A stretch of DNA of 61,857 nucleotides from a virus, in IMG/VR virus record IMGVR_UViG_3300047462_000177. One strand, given 5' to 3'. Under the pieces are notes generated by a model that was given only the letters and a program-made list of their open reading frames with translations, searched no databases and was not told the origin of the DNA. The stretch's first letter is position 1. Each line of letters opens with the position of its first letter. The translations under genes and the position numbers were made by a program. Shown here piece by piece: positions 61,541 to 61,857 of this stretch.

Positions 61541-61566
61541 TTCCTATTACCCCCGTAATAGGAACC
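61541..61566. other. perfect 11-bp hairpin (gttcctattac-cccc-gtaataggaac) in a 285-nt non-coding gap
   Basis: Read directly. A tatcaggt x2.7 tandem repeat lies at 61689-61710 in the same gap. Confidence 0.5.
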
Positions 61567-61774
61567 GTTCGCACACGTAGTCGCTATCGGAGTCAACGCT
61601 ACATGACTTAAGTCTACAAACACCACGGCCCTACAGTGCTGTCCCTTGGTACCCACGACTCCGTGCAGATATCCAAGGTAATGCAGACTATCAGGTTATC
61701 AGGTTATCACCTCGCGGAGTAACACACCTGTCAGTATGCCCTCAGCTGCGCCAGTAACCCGATTCGTGAAACTG

Positions 61775-61828
61775 CTAGGTAGCTGTTGAGGCTCCGCCCG
61801 ATGTTGTCGGAGCTGCAACTGTTGCTAC
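61775..61828 (-). CDS. C-terminal 17 codons plus TAG stop of the junction-spanning ORF
   Basis: Hand translation from 61828 downward gives VATVAAPTTSGGASTAT then TAG (complement of cta at 61775-61777), in frame with 1..624. Confidence 0.5.
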   Translation of the reverse strand, partial: VATVAAPTTSGGASTAT

Positions 61829-61857
61829 TGTTGCTGTTGTTGCTGTTGTTGCTGTTG
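61829..61857. repeat. 29-nt terminal overlap identical to bases 1-29 (circular closure or assembly redundancy)
   Basis: tgttgctgttgttgctgttgttgctgttg is present at both ends. It is itself a 9-mer x3 tandem repeat. Confidence 0.8.

Overview
The window is a complete tailed dsDNA phage genome. The first and last 29 nt are identical, and a minus-strand ORF reads in frame across the junction once that overlap is collapsed, giving about 61,828 bp of unique circular or circularly permuted sequence.

Two arms diverge from a control region at about 15.7-16.07 kb.
- Rightward late arm (16.07-42.8 kb): large terminase, portal, prohead protease-scaffold fusion, major capsid, connector proteins, tail tube, G/GT chaperone with a canonical -1 slippery site, tape measure, an RcGTA-like tail-tip module (DUF2460-like, DUF2163/BR0599-like, NlpC/P60, J-like host-specificity protein), GH19 endolysin and a holin-like protein.
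- Leftward arm (15.67 kb to base 1, wrapping to 61.8 kb and ending at 42.98 kb): small HTH regulators, three HNH homing-endonuclease-like genes, many small hypothetical genes, Toprim/P-loop primase-helicase, RuvC-like resolvase, P-loop NTPase, ATP-dependent ligase, SNF2 helicase, Cas4-like nuclease, AAA_24 ATPase, DUF669-type SSB, a full preQ0 pathway (FolE, QueD, QueE, QueC) with a DpdA-like transglycosylase, a UDG-PolA fusion and MazG.

No integrase, CI-like repressor or phage RNA polymerase was recognised, so the phage is probably virulent and uses host sigma70 RNAP (inference).

Most unusual features:
1. A predicted 7-deazaguanine DNA modification cluster with unassigned accessory ORFs.
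2. A roughly 2-kb coding-poor island (13.5-15.5 kb) holding iterons bracketed by a perfect 17-bp inverted repeat, seven GGACTAGTCC palindromes and several tandem arrays.
3. Short tandem repeats at many gene boundaries.
4. Two dispersed GC-rich repeat families.
5. About 12 near-identical sigma70-type promoters.
6. A 135-nt tRNA-like element inside a structured RNA region.
7. A high-GC, SPRY-containing C-terminal swap in the tail host-specificity protein.

All assignments come from motif reading only; no database search was possible.
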